From contig JAIFVX010000001.1 in assembly GCA_019659125.1 (NCBI GenBank), positions 118,097 through 182,096 of the forward strand: DNA of 64,000 nt. Direction: 5' to 3'. Positions 50,596 through 59,415 of the stretch are shown one piece after another. This stretch comes from Candidatus Pacearchaeota archaeon. Lineage in GTDB: Archaea; Nanobdellota; Nanobdellia; Pacearchaeales; GW2011-AR1. The notes under the pieces are model-generated. The model searched no databases and was not told the DNA's origin. It worked only from the letters and a program-made list of their open reading frames with translations. A program made the translations under genes and the position numbers. Within the stretch, counting starts at the first letter, position 1. The number at the start of each line of letters is the position of its first letter.

Positions 50596-50963
50596 TCTTT
50601 CTTGAATATGTCTGCCAAGTGTTTGTGTCCCACTTTAACCACTTTCATATTGATCTGAGAGGTAGTTCCAGCAACCTGTTTTCCTCGTACAGTCTTTCGT
50701 CTTCGCATTCCTTCAGTATTGTCCTTCATTCCCCATCCTTTTGTAAAGAGAACTCTCTTTAGTCCAATTCCTTCAGCTTTAGCGTACATCGGGAAACCAG
50801 CATTATCGCTTCCACCTGTAATCTCAAGCTCGTATCCATCTAAGTCATGGGATATGTCTTTTCCGTGCACCGTGTCTCCAACGTTTTTCCCCAGAAGTGC
50901 CTCTGACTCCGTCTCCATCTTAAAGGCCTTTCCTTTCTCTGATATATTCAATTTGAATGGCAT
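50571..50963 (-). CDS. rps6e: 30S ribosomal protein S6e (eS6)
   Basis: MPFKLNISEKGKAFK..GYELEITGGSDNAGFPM...G.KRVLFTKG.GM......GMRRRKTVRG. Confidence 0.9.
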   Translation of the reverse strand: MPFKLNISEKGKAFKMETESEALLGKNVGDTVHGKDISHDLDGYELEITGGSDNAGFPMYAKAEGIGLKRVLFTKGWGMKDNTEGMRRRKTVRGKQVAGTTSQINMKVVKVGHKHLADIFKKEEPAPAAA

Positions 50964-51001
50964 AGTATCTTCAGAAATTCATGGTTTTTAAAGCTATTCA
51001 C

Positions 51002-52270
51002 TTACTTCTTAAGCGGGTCCTTAATAGTCAAAATATAATTACCATTTTCTCTGTCAGGTAAATACTTGTTTGCAACTTCCAGGATTCTTTCTGCTGTCAC
51101 CTTATTGTATCTCTCCATAGCTATTTCAGCCGTGAGACCATAATCAAGTTTATCATCTATGAGTTCAATATGTCCCTCATTAGATTCAAATGTACGTGCT
51201 ATCCCATACTGTGCTCTCTTTCTTACAAGCATTAGATTATCATCATCTATTTTCTCATGCTTCATCTTTTCCATTTCATCAAAAATAGCCCCAACAGCCT
51301 CATCCAATCTTCTTGCAGGAAGACTAGCATGCACATGAAATTCACCTCCATTATAGTCTCTTGTGCATTGTGTTGATACTTGATAGGCCAATCCCTTCTC
51401 CAAACTTAGACTATTGAAGAGCAAAGAATTAGAGCTTCCTCCCAATATATGACTCATCATAGTGACTGCAAAAGCGTCGGGATGGGTTTCTGATGGAACA
51501 ACACATGACAGAGATAATCCTGCTGAACTCTCTTCTGGTCTATCTACATTATATAATTCAGGAGCGGGAAAGGTAAGAATTGTTCTTTTTTCTAAAGGGG
51601 CAAGTTCGGGAAAATCCACTCGGGTGTTCTCTCCAGGAAGTGCTTCACCAAAATATTTTCTTACAAGGTTCTCTATATTGTTTGGAAGCCCTCCAGCTAT
51701 GATTAAGTCCATATTATTCGGATGGAATCCTCGGTCATGAAGCTCACTCAATTGGTGCGAGTCTGAATTTTCTACAACTTCCTCTTTTCCTATACCTAAA
51801 ATTCCCTTAGGATGTCCACGATAAAAAACAGGAATGAATGCTGACTTTATTGCATAAGAAGGATCGCTCTTGGAATCGGAGATTTCCCGTAGGACTCTTC
51901 CACGCTCTCCATTCAGTCTTTCTTGGTCAAATCGGGGATTAAGAGTATGATCAGATACGTAAGCAAGCCAGTTTTCAAAATCCTCGCACAAAGTTCCGCC
52001 AAAAAAAGTTGTCCTGCCAACGTTTGTTGAGGCACCCATCTTGGCTAACTTTCGTCTCATCGAGTCTGCTTCCCGTACATCATACTTCGAACTGCCACCT
52101 GTAACAAGACAGTGCTCCAAAAGGTGGGAAAGTCCCTCTTCGCCAGGTTTTTGATGAACAAAACCAAAATTAACTCGAAGTTTTCCCATAATAGTTTGAG
52201 TTGGAGTGTTTCGCAAAGCTACCACTAATCCATTCTCGAGCTTGAACTCTCTGTATTCTTCAGTTATCAT
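51002..52270 (-). CDS. M16-family (pitrilysin/insulinase-like) zinc peptidase
   Basis: Inverted zinc motif HLLEH (GLSHLLEHCLVTG) near the N-terminus, with a two-domain length of 422 aa. Confidence 0.8.
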   Translation of the reverse strand: MITEEYREFKLENGLVVALRNTPTQTIMGKLRVNFGFVHQKPGEEGLSHLLEHCLVTGGSSKYDVREADSMRRKLAKMGASTNVGRTTFFGGTLCEDFENWLAYVSDHTLNPRFDQERLNGERGRVLREISDSKSDPSYAIKSAFIPVFYRGHPKGILGIGKEEVVENSDSHQLSELHDRGFHPNNMDLIIAGGLPNNIENLVRKYFGEALPGENTRVDFPELAPLEKRTILTFPAPELYNVDRPEESSAGLSLSCVVPSETHPDAFAVTMMSHILGGSSNSLLFNSLSLEKGLAYQVSTQCTRDYNGGEFHVHASLPARRLDEAVGAIFDEMEKMKHEKIDDDNLMLVRKRAQYGIARTFESNEGHIELIDDKLDYGLTAEIAMERYNKVTAERILEVANKYLPDRENGNYILTIKDPLKK

Positions 52271-52477
52271 AGAATATCTGCTGAGATTCAGCTTTTAAAT
52301 CTATCTCTTCGCATAATTCTCATTAACTGCACTTCTAACGACGATAAAACTCCAATGTACGGGGCGTTCGGCGCTTCGCGCCTCACAACACTATTGTGGC
52401 TATTTTATTTTTGGAAACTACCGCAAACTTTTTTGAACCTAACGCCATCTATTTAAAGTAGCAAACTCTCTATTTTT

Positions 52478-53101
52478 ATGAAGAAACAGCTTGTCGTTGG
52501 GTTGGTTGTTGTTTTAATAGGAATCATTGCACTCTTGATCCTGGACTCTAAGACTCCCATTTCCGAGCGATATGGACAGCAGAACAATAGTCACATCATA
52601 GGATCTGGGAATACCTCAGAAATAAACAATCCTCCCCAAAATAACAACGAACAGCCAACACTCACATATTACTCCCCAAGTGGAGACAAAGTAATGAAAA
52701 ATGATCTTCCAACAATTAAGGTTACCTTTCCTAATGGAGGAAACTCACTTACCATAGGCACAACAACCCATATTACATGGGAATCTACTCATTCAGCAGA
52801 TATACCGAATGTACTAATTCGGATCTCACAAGTTAATAATAATCCCCGCTGCATGACTGGAGAAGTAGATTGTGCTACACTCGGAGATATCATCACCCAA
52901 AGTGCTCTAAATACGGGAAGCTTTGAATGGAAGGTTGCAAATAATGACCGAGATTTCTCCATGCCTGCAGGGAACTACATCATTTCAGTTGTGGGAGTAA
53001 CCACATACACTATGAACAGTTCATCAGGTGGATCGGGGAATTATAATGCTTTTGACAGTAGCGATACGCAATTTACCGTGAAGGCAGCTTCGGGATACTA
53101 A
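52478..53101 (+). CDS. secreted or anchored hypothetical protein
   Basis: N-terminal TM/signal (LVVGLVVVLIGIIALLIL), an N/Q-rich linker and a ~130-aa beta-rich domain (TFPNGGNSLTIGTTTHITWES). Confidence 0.45.
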   Translation: MKKQLVVGLVVVLIGIIALLILDSKTPISERYGQQNNSHIIGSGNTSEINNPPQNNNEQPTLTYYSPSGDKVMKNDLPTIKVTFPNGGNSLTIGTTTHITWESTHSADIPNVLIRISQVNNNPRCMTGEVDCATLGDIITQSALNTGSFEWKVANNDRDFSMPAGNYIISVVGVTTYTMNSSSGGSGNYNAFDSSDTQFTVKAASGY

Positions 53102-53139
53102 GCAATAGATTTAAAAAAGAAAAGTTTTCTAACGGATGT

Positions 53140-54000
53140 ATGAGAGAAGTATTGAATAGATCGAAGGGAATGATCGTAGATCATCTGAAAAGAAGAATAC
53201 AGAATGAACCTATAACAGCCATAGTTGTCGTAGAAGGAGATCAAACAAAGGAAATTATTGCATATCGCCCATCTATTGACGACCAGCCAGAATACGTTCT
53301 TGAACAAAGATTAAAACCCTATGCCGACAAAAGACATAACCTTCTCTACTCTATAGAACCAAATGTCGAATCTGAAGCATTCTTAAGAAAATTTGATAAT
53401 ATTTATCATATTCTGCCACATCCCTTGCTTTTTAGAAGGGATTCTATAAAGCCATCAACGCAAATATATAGTACTGATGAAGAAAAAGCGATCATTGAAG
53501 ATACATATTGGGGAAGTAAAGATGAACAGGATGAAAGATATATGAAAGAAGCAATTATGCAGGCCCAGGTACAATCAGGGGATGCAAAACCAAAAGTAGG
53601 GGCAATAATAGTCAAAAATGATTCAATTATCGCAAGAGCAAACCGAACAGTTATAAAAAGAAGTCGCTATTCAACGAGAACACTCCATGCGGAAAGATAT
53701 GCAATTCTTCAGGCACAAGAAAACAGGGAAGACCTAACAGGAGCAACATTATATTCAACTCTTGAACCATGCCTTGGTCTAGGTAATAATATAGAAAGCT
53801 GTAGTGACCTCACCTGCTCATCTGGAATATCGAGAGTGGTCTTTGGAGTGCAAGACAACTTCAATTTCCAAGGTAGAGCCGTTGAATATCTAAGAAATAA
53901 CCAGATAGCATGCCAAAAGATATCGTCTCCTGAACTAGAAGAAGTTTTGATGAAGTTAAAAGGAAAACACAATTACCTTCCAAAGGGCGTATTTGCATAA
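53140..54000 (+). CDS. CDA-fold (cytidine/deoxycytidylate/RibD-type) deaminase domain protein with ~125-aa N-terminal extension
   Basis: MKEAIMQA....PKVGAIIV, the zinc ligands H-A-E (LHAERYAI) and PC....C (TLEPCLGLGNNIESC), and SRVVFG. Confidence 0.65.
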   Translation: MREVLNRSKGMIVDHLKRRIQNEPITAIVVVEGDQTKEIIAYRPSIDDQPEYVLEQRLKPYADKRHNLLYSIEPNVESEAFLRKFDNIYHILPHPLLFRRDSIKPSTQIYSTDEEKAIIEDTYWGSKDEQDERYMKEAIMQAQVQSGDAKPKVGAIIVKNDSIIARANRTVIKRSRYSTRTLHAERYAILQAQENREDLTGATLYSTLEPCLGLGNNIESCSDLTCSSGISRVVFGVQDNFNFQGRAVEYLRNNQIACQKISSPELEEVLMKLKGKHNYLPKGVFA

Positions 54001-54002
54001 AT

Positions 54003-55715
54003 TTATACCATCTTCTTGATTCGCATAACTTCCTGTATCACGTGCAGCTCAGAGGCAGAAAGCAATTCCTTGTTCTTCTTGAAGTTCTTTATATGTGAAT
54101 CGGCAAGATCTGCATAGAGATACTTGACATCCTTCAATTGTCTATCAAAAGTTGTTCCTGGAAGAGCCATGGCTAGTTCCTGCCCTTCTTTCCCTTCTTC
54201 CACAGATGCCTTTTCATGTTGCAATGATTTTACTCTAGCAATCTGCTTCCCATTCTCATCGATGAGAGGAATTCCTACTTTAATGTGTCCCGCTACAACT
54301 CGGACACCGAAGATAGCAGGATTTGAATTTCTGAAGACATATTGAGGAAGAATCTCTAGTTTTGCAATCGTAGCAAGTCCCAACATCTTTTCTCGCTCAA
54401 TTGCTGCCTGTTTCTCTTTTCTCCACGATTGAAGGTCTTCAATAAGCTTGTACACCACCGGATTTGTAATAATCTTAGCGCTGCCTTCCACATCTTCTTC
54501 CTTCTCAACATTAAATCCCACTATAACCGCATCAAGGGGGTTGATCGACATGTTTGCTTTAGCGGCAACAACATCAATCTTGCTAATAGGTCCAATGCCT
54601 GCCTTAACAACTTGTACGTTCTCCTGCTTAAGCAAGATAAGAAGGGCTTCGAGACTTCCTAGAGAATCTGCTTTAACAATAATGCCCTGCTTGTCTAATT
54701 GAAGAGCTCCAGAAACTTCTTTCTTGAATTGCGCTCTTAAAGCAGTAACATTATTCTTTATCTGTTCAAAAGGCATTCCCGGAAGGATTCCTGTTTTATT
54801 GGTAAGATGCAATCGAACACCAGTTGCGGCCCGTGCTTGCTTTGCAGGCTTGTATTTTCGTGACAGCGGTAATGCTTCTTCAAGTGCTCGAACTTTCGAA
54901 AGAATGAGATCATCAAAACTTGCAATTCCAAGCTCATCGCCCTCTTCAAGCATCCCATCATACAAAATGGCTTCCACATACTCTTGTGTCTTCTCTTTCT
55001 TGACCTCAAGGATAACTCCCTTCGCAACATCAGATACTTTTAATCTCTCCTTGAGAAACTTCTGGCTTAATCCTGCAAGGACAAACAGCAATTCTGGAAT
55101 TCCTTCCTTAGTCCTGGCAGAGCATGGAACAATCGCAATCTTCTTGGTAAAATCAGCCACATCATAATATAAATCAGAGTCAAAACCGTGTTCCTTTAAA
55201 CTTCCCTGGAAGGTTAAAAGCGATTCTTGGAATTCCTCATGGACATTCATTGCCTGATGCTCAATGGATTCCTTGAGTGTTGGATGCTGTTTCCATCCAG
55301 AGATAGAGTCGACCTTATTGAGCGCTACAAGGAAAGGAGTCTTGTTTGCCTTGAGTATCTGCAAGACCTCCGCAGTCTGAGGCTTGATCCCCTCTTTAAT
55401 GCTGACAACCACGATAGCCAGGTCAGCCAGAGATCCACCCCTCTTTCGTAAGTTGGTGAATGCCGCATGTCCTGGTGTGTCGATAAAGAGAAATCCAGGA
55501 ATCTCTAATTTTAATCCCTGTTTTTCAATAAGTGGGCACATCTTCGATATCTGTTCCTTGGGATAATTAGTAAATGATATCTTCTGTGTGATGCCTCCAG
55601 CCTCCTCCTGTTGAAGAGCGCTCCCTCTAAAACTATCCAAGATACTCGTCTTACCATGGTCAACATGCCCTGCCACGGTAACAATAGGCTGCCGAATGAT
55701 GTTTGTTTCTGCCAT
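54003..55715 (-). CDS. infB: translation initiation factor aIF5B (IF-2)
   Basis: VAGHVDHGKTSILD, DTPGHAAF, LNKVD, and four-domain length (570 aa). Confidence 0.9.
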   Translation of the reverse strand: MAETNIIRQPIVTVAGHVDHGKTSILDSFRGSALQQEEAGGITQKISFTNYPKEQISKMCPLIEKQGLKLEIPGFLFIDTPGHAAFTNLRKRGGSLADLAIVVVSIKEGIKPQTAEVLQILKANKTPFLVALNKVDSISGWKQHPTLKESIEHQAMNVHEEFQESLLTFQGSLKEHGFDSDLYYDVADFTKKIAIVPCSARTKEGIPELLFVLAGLSQKFLKERLKVSDVAKGVILEVKKEKTQEYVEAILYDGMLEEGDELGIASFDDLILSKVRALEEALPLSRKYKPAKQARAATGVRLHLTNKTGILPGMPFEQIKNNVTALRAQFKKEVSGALQLDKQGIIVKADSLGSLEALLILLKQENVQVVKAGIGPISKIDVVAAKANMSINPLDAVIVGFNVEKEEDVEGSAKIITNPVVYKLIEDLQSWRKEKQAAIEREKMLGLATIAKLEILPQYVFRNSNPAIFGVRVVAGHIKVGIPLIDENGKQIARVKSLQHEKASVEEGKEGQELAMALPGTTFDRQLKDVKYLYADLADSHIKNFKKNKELLSASELHVIQEVMRIKKMV

Positions 55716-55833
55716 GATAATGACACAAAAAGCACGTTTAAAAGCTTATCAGATTCAATACAAAGAAGTATTAATGTAACTAATAAGTAATAACAATAGT
55801 AATATTTAAATAGTCTAATTTTATCAATAAGTC

Positions 55834-56160
55834 ATGACACAAAGTAGATTATACATAAAAGTGATGGAAGCAGAAGAAGCTAATAAATTATTTAGAGGAG
55901 CAAGTGACATAACAAGCGGAAGAGTTGCTCATATTGATAATGGAAGCAAAATGGTAGAAATTTTACAAGAGTCAATGATCCATGTAATTGGAGATGATGG
56001 AAATAACTATACTGGAATGGCTCAAAGATTTAATGAACCAGAACCTATGATCAAAGGTAGAAACAAAGTTCAATTAGGATTTTCATTTGGACCAAGTCAA
56101 TCTTATGATTCTTTGGATAGAAAATTATTAAGTTATGGTTTTCAACTTAGAGAAAATTAG
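55834..56160 (+). CDS. hypothetical protein
   Basis: 108-aa ORF. ATTTAAATA lies ~22 nt upstream. Confidence 0.4.
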   Translation: MTQSRLYIKVMEAEEANKLFRGASDITSGRVAHIDNGSKMVEILQESMIHVIGDDGNNYTGMAQRFNEPEPMIKGRNKVQLGFSFGPSQSYDSLDRKLLSYGFQLREN

Positions 56161-56179
56161 CTTCCTATCTCTTAAACAA

Positions 56180-57220
56180 TTACTTCTTGCTAGGGGTCTT
56201 CTTATACTTTGAGTAAAACCAGAACCCTGCAAGGACTAAAGCTATAACGATAATGATGACCACGATGTTCTTGATGATCATGATCAATATCCAGAGGATG
56301 ATGAAATGCACGAGAGCAAGCACAAGACTTACAAATGCAATGATTGCTTTTCCTGCACCGCCTATAAATCGTCCAATGATTGGGATTCTTCCAACAAATC
56401 CAACCATAAGAGAGATAGGTCCGAAAATCATTGAGTAACCAAGGAATAAGACGAAGAACGTAAGTAATCTCAATACCCACGCAATGACTCGATCATTGGT
56501 CTTGAATGTGTCATACGTTCCCTGATAATCTTTGGTTGAGAGAACTAAGAATTTCTTGCTTCCGCCGTCACTGATGATCTGTCCATCAGAACTTCCTGCA
56601 ACCAACACATTCGATGCATCTTTGATGTAGTCCATGCTTTCTCTATGTGTCGTGTCTATCTGCTTGCTGTAGAGTGATGCCCCAACAATTCTCGCATTAT
56701 CAGGATAGCTGACCTTGAAGCTTCCGATAGAGAAAGGAAGTACTTTTCTTTGGCTTGAAACAACGTTCCAGTTGCTTTCATTGACGGTATAGCATTGCTT
56801 GCAGTTATTATTGCTGTCACATTCCTGCCCTTTTTGGGCAATGACCTGTTGATTGCTGCTCAATTGCCCGCAATAATCCTTAACCTCATACTGGAGCTGT
56901 TCTAGCTTATAAGAATAGTACAAACAATTGCCGTCAACCTTGCTTTGATAGCATAATGCTGGTGAGTCTGCTGATGCAACTCCCATCGTCCTGATATATC
57001 CTGATGCTCCGCTGGTTGGATCAACTTGTTTTGAATGAGAAAATACCTTGGCGCTGTTCTGGCTTTCAGCGTACCATAAAATAGCAGTAGCAAGGAAAAG
57101 AACAAATATGATTCCAACAAAAACGCCCACGATGCTTTGAAAAATAGCAGTAATAGGATTGGTTGGCCCGATTCGTCTAATTGTTCCTGCGGACGGTGCT
57201 GTAAACGGTGCCATTCCCAA
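56180..57220 (-). CDS. hypothetical multi-pass membrane protein
   Basis: One N-terminal TM, a ~190-aa extracytoplasmic Cys-containing domain, then 3-4 C-terminal TMs. The layout recalls TMEM43/DUF1625, but that is not established. Confidence 0.5.
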   Translation of the reverse strand: MGMAPFTAPSAGTIRRIGPTNPITAIFQSIVGVFVGIIFVLFLATAILWYAESQNSAKVFSHSKQVDPTSGASGYIRTMGVASADSPALCYQSKVDGNCLYYSYKLEQLQYEVKDYCGQLSSNQQVIAQKGQECDSNNNCKQCYTVNESNWNVVSSQRKVLPFSIGSFKVSYPDNARIVGASLYSKQIDTTHRESMDYIKDASNVLVAGSSDGQIISDGGSKKFLVLSTKDYQGTYDTFKTNDRVIAWVLRLLTFFVLFLGYSMIFGPISLMVGFVGRIPIIGRFIGGAGKAIIAFVSLVLALVHFIILWILIMIIKNIVVIIIVIALVLAGFWFYSKYKKTPSKK

Positions 57221-57297
57221 TTATTTAGAAAAAAGTCTTTTTAAACCCTTTTATTACAAAATAATAATCCTTAAATAGGGAGAAATAATAGAATTCT

Positions 57298-57714
57298 ATG
57301 CCTCATACACCCTATCAAAGGCCAAATATTCCACTCAAGGCCACTATTGCTTATCAACCTGCAACAGAGGAAAATCCAAAGCCAGGCTATTTGATTAAAT
57401 TTGAAAGTCCCCAACTTCTTAAAGTAGGAAATAGGCTTATACAGTATACACAATTAAGAGTAAGGCCTAACGACAAGCTTGATAAAATACGATCGGACTA
57501 CAATCTCAATGGAGAGGAAGTAAAAACCAATATAGGGCGGAGCTATTTAGAAAGCATTATAGAAATGAGGGCAGAAGAAGTGAGAGAAGCCAAGTTGATT
57601 AAGGACTCCCAAAAAACAGCGGTTGCCATGAGTCCATCCGAAGACCAGGCTGTGAGTTATCTTGAACCTGTGGCTAATCCAGGAGTATATTCTCCTGAGA
57701 AACTACCTGTTTAG
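57298..57714 (+). CDS. hypothetical protein
   Basis: 138-aa ORF with no recognisable motif. Confidence 0.4.
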   Translation: MPHTPYQRPNIPLKATIAYQPATEENPKPGYLIKFESPQLLKVGNRLIQYTQLRVRPNDKLDKIRSDYNLNGEEVKTNIGRSYLESIIEMRAEEVREAKLIKDSQKTAVAMSPSEDQAVSYLEPVANPGVYSPEKLPV

Positions 57715-58196
57715 AACCCTTCGTTCTCATCATCAAGATCGTCCAAATCATCATCAATCTCTTCAATAGTATTCATCTCCTTCTCTTCATCGATGCCTAG
57801 TTCATCATCCATGTCTTCACCAATAAATTCATCTCCAGGGCCCTTGACGTCTTCGGCATGCTTTCCTTTCACCATGGCAACTTGCCTGCCATGTTCAACC
57901 CTATTCTCCATTTCATCCTGAGGACTAACTCCATTTCTTCGTGGTGGTGAAAGAGGTTTTACAACAACGGTTTGCGATGACGCACTAAGATCATCCTCCT
58001 TGATTGAGTTGATTGCCTGTTTGAATAGGTGAAATTTATCAGCAGGAATCCTCGTTCCAGCTTTAGTAAACCCCTTATATCTATCCGATCTCACAAATTC
58101 TCGGATGGTCACTCCAGACCTTCCATTAAACTCGTCAATGCGGATGACAATATCAGTATCAGAACTTTTCTGGATCCGGTCTATTTCCTTATCCAT
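57711..58196 (-). CDS. PC4/Sub1-like ssDNA-binding domain protein with acidic C-terminal tail
   Basis: DIVIRIDEFNGRSGVTIREFVRSDRYKGFTKAGTRIPADKFHLFKQAINSI aligns by eye with the PC4 core (..V.DFKGK.LIDIREYW......P.RKGISL...QW..L...I..I). Tail EDMDDELGIDEE..DDDLDDLDDENEGF. Confidence 0.6.
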   Translation of the reverse strand: MDKEIDRIQKSSDTDIVIRIDEFNGRSGVTIREFVRSDRYKGFTKAGTRIPADKFHLFKQAINSIKEDDLSASSQTVVVKPLSPPRRNGVSPQDEMENRVEHGRQVAMVKGKHAEDVKGPGDEFIGEDMDDELGIDEEKEMNTIEEIDDDLDDLDDENEGF

Positions 58197-58275
58197 GAGG
58201 AAAAAAGGTTACACTTCTATATAAAGATTGTCATAACACATAAATATTTTTATATATGAAAAAGATACAACGAAG

Positions 58276-59415
58276 ATGAATACTCTTGCGGCGCGGATAT
58301 TTACTCCTCTTATATCTAAGATCGATCATGCTCTGCGAGGCCCTCTAACGCAAATAGTACCTCCAAAACAGATAGTAGATTTCTATTCGCGGGCACGGCC
58401 ATTTTTTCTTGATATGCTTGCATCTATCAATCCCCATGTGCAGGCTCCTCTTCAACCGGTCAAGATTGCAGGACTTACATTTAGAAATGACCTTATGAAT
58501 GCTGCAGGTTTCGACAAGGATGGAGATCTCCTTGCAATCAATTATCTCTTAGGAGCGGGTGGTGCAATTGTAGGAACCACACTTTCACATCCTCATAAAG
58601 GTAATCTCATCCCTGCATTTGGTTCTTCAGCAAATCCCTGGGTTCCTCTTCCCTACTCTCATTCAGCTATCAATTCTCTAGGACTTCCGAGCAAGGGAAT
58701 AAAAAAGGCACTTTATAACATCGAGGAGTTCAAATGGAAGTACCAACCAAAGAATTTCCCTATTATTCTTAGTATTATGGAACATCCTCTTCACACAGGC
58801 AGAGATCGTCTTGAAGAACTCGTCAAGGCGTTGAGAAGGGCATTACCTATCGTTGATGGAATAGAAATAAATGAGAGCTGTCCCAATATCAAACATAATC
58901 AAACCACTCAGCAGCAACGAGAAAAAATAAAACGGCTGCGTGCAGAACGAGACTCTTTATCAACAGATCATTATGTTCCCATTTGGTATAAGCTAGGAAA
59001 CTATGGAGATATCGAAAGAACAGTGGAATTCTTTACAGAGCTAGGTGCAGATGGCATTGCAGGACTTAACAGCCAAAAGAATTATCACGAGCTAGAAAAT
59101 GATGTCGACATTCATGATAAGCAATTATTCAATTACTATACAAGCAAGCATCAAGGAGGAGTTACTGGTAGGCTTATCAAGAAAATGGCACGAAAGAGCA
59201 ATCAAGCGCTTGCTCATGCCGTGAATACTATGGATTCTCGCCTCGAGCTTACTGATATAGGTGGAATACAGACATGGGAGGACCTTGAGGTAAGAAGAAC
59301 TCTCTCTCCAAAAACCAAGCTCTACCAATGGTATACGGGCCTCATCTACAAGTTAAGCTCGTCAGATCCTGAAAATATCTATCCCACTATGCAGAATCAT
59401 CACCATGTACATTGA
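58276..59415 (+). CDS. pyrD: dihydroorotate dehydrogenase-like protein (class 2-like, divergent)
   Basis: GLTFRNDLMNAAGFDKDG, GTTLSHPHKGN, INSLGLPSKG, INESCPN, GGVTGR, IGGIQTWED. Confidence 0.65.
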   Translation: MNTLAARIFTPLISKIDHALRGPLTQIVPPKQIVDFYSRARPFFLDMLASINPHVQAPLQPVKIAGLTFRNDLMNAAGFDKDGDLLAINYLLGAGGAIVGTTLSHPHKGNLIPAFGSSANPWVPLPYSHSAINSLGLPSKGIKKALYNIEEFKWKYQPKNFPIILSIMEHPLHTGRDRLEELVKALRRALPIVDGIEINESCPNIKHNQTTQQQREKIKRLRAERDSLSTDHYVPIWYKLGNYGDIERTVEFFTELGADGIAGLNSQKNYHELENDVDIHDKQLFNYYTSKHQGGVTGRLIKKMARKSNQALAHAVNTMDSRLELTDIGGIQTWEDLEVRRTLSPKTKLYQWYTGLIYKLSSSDPENIYPTMQNHHHVH

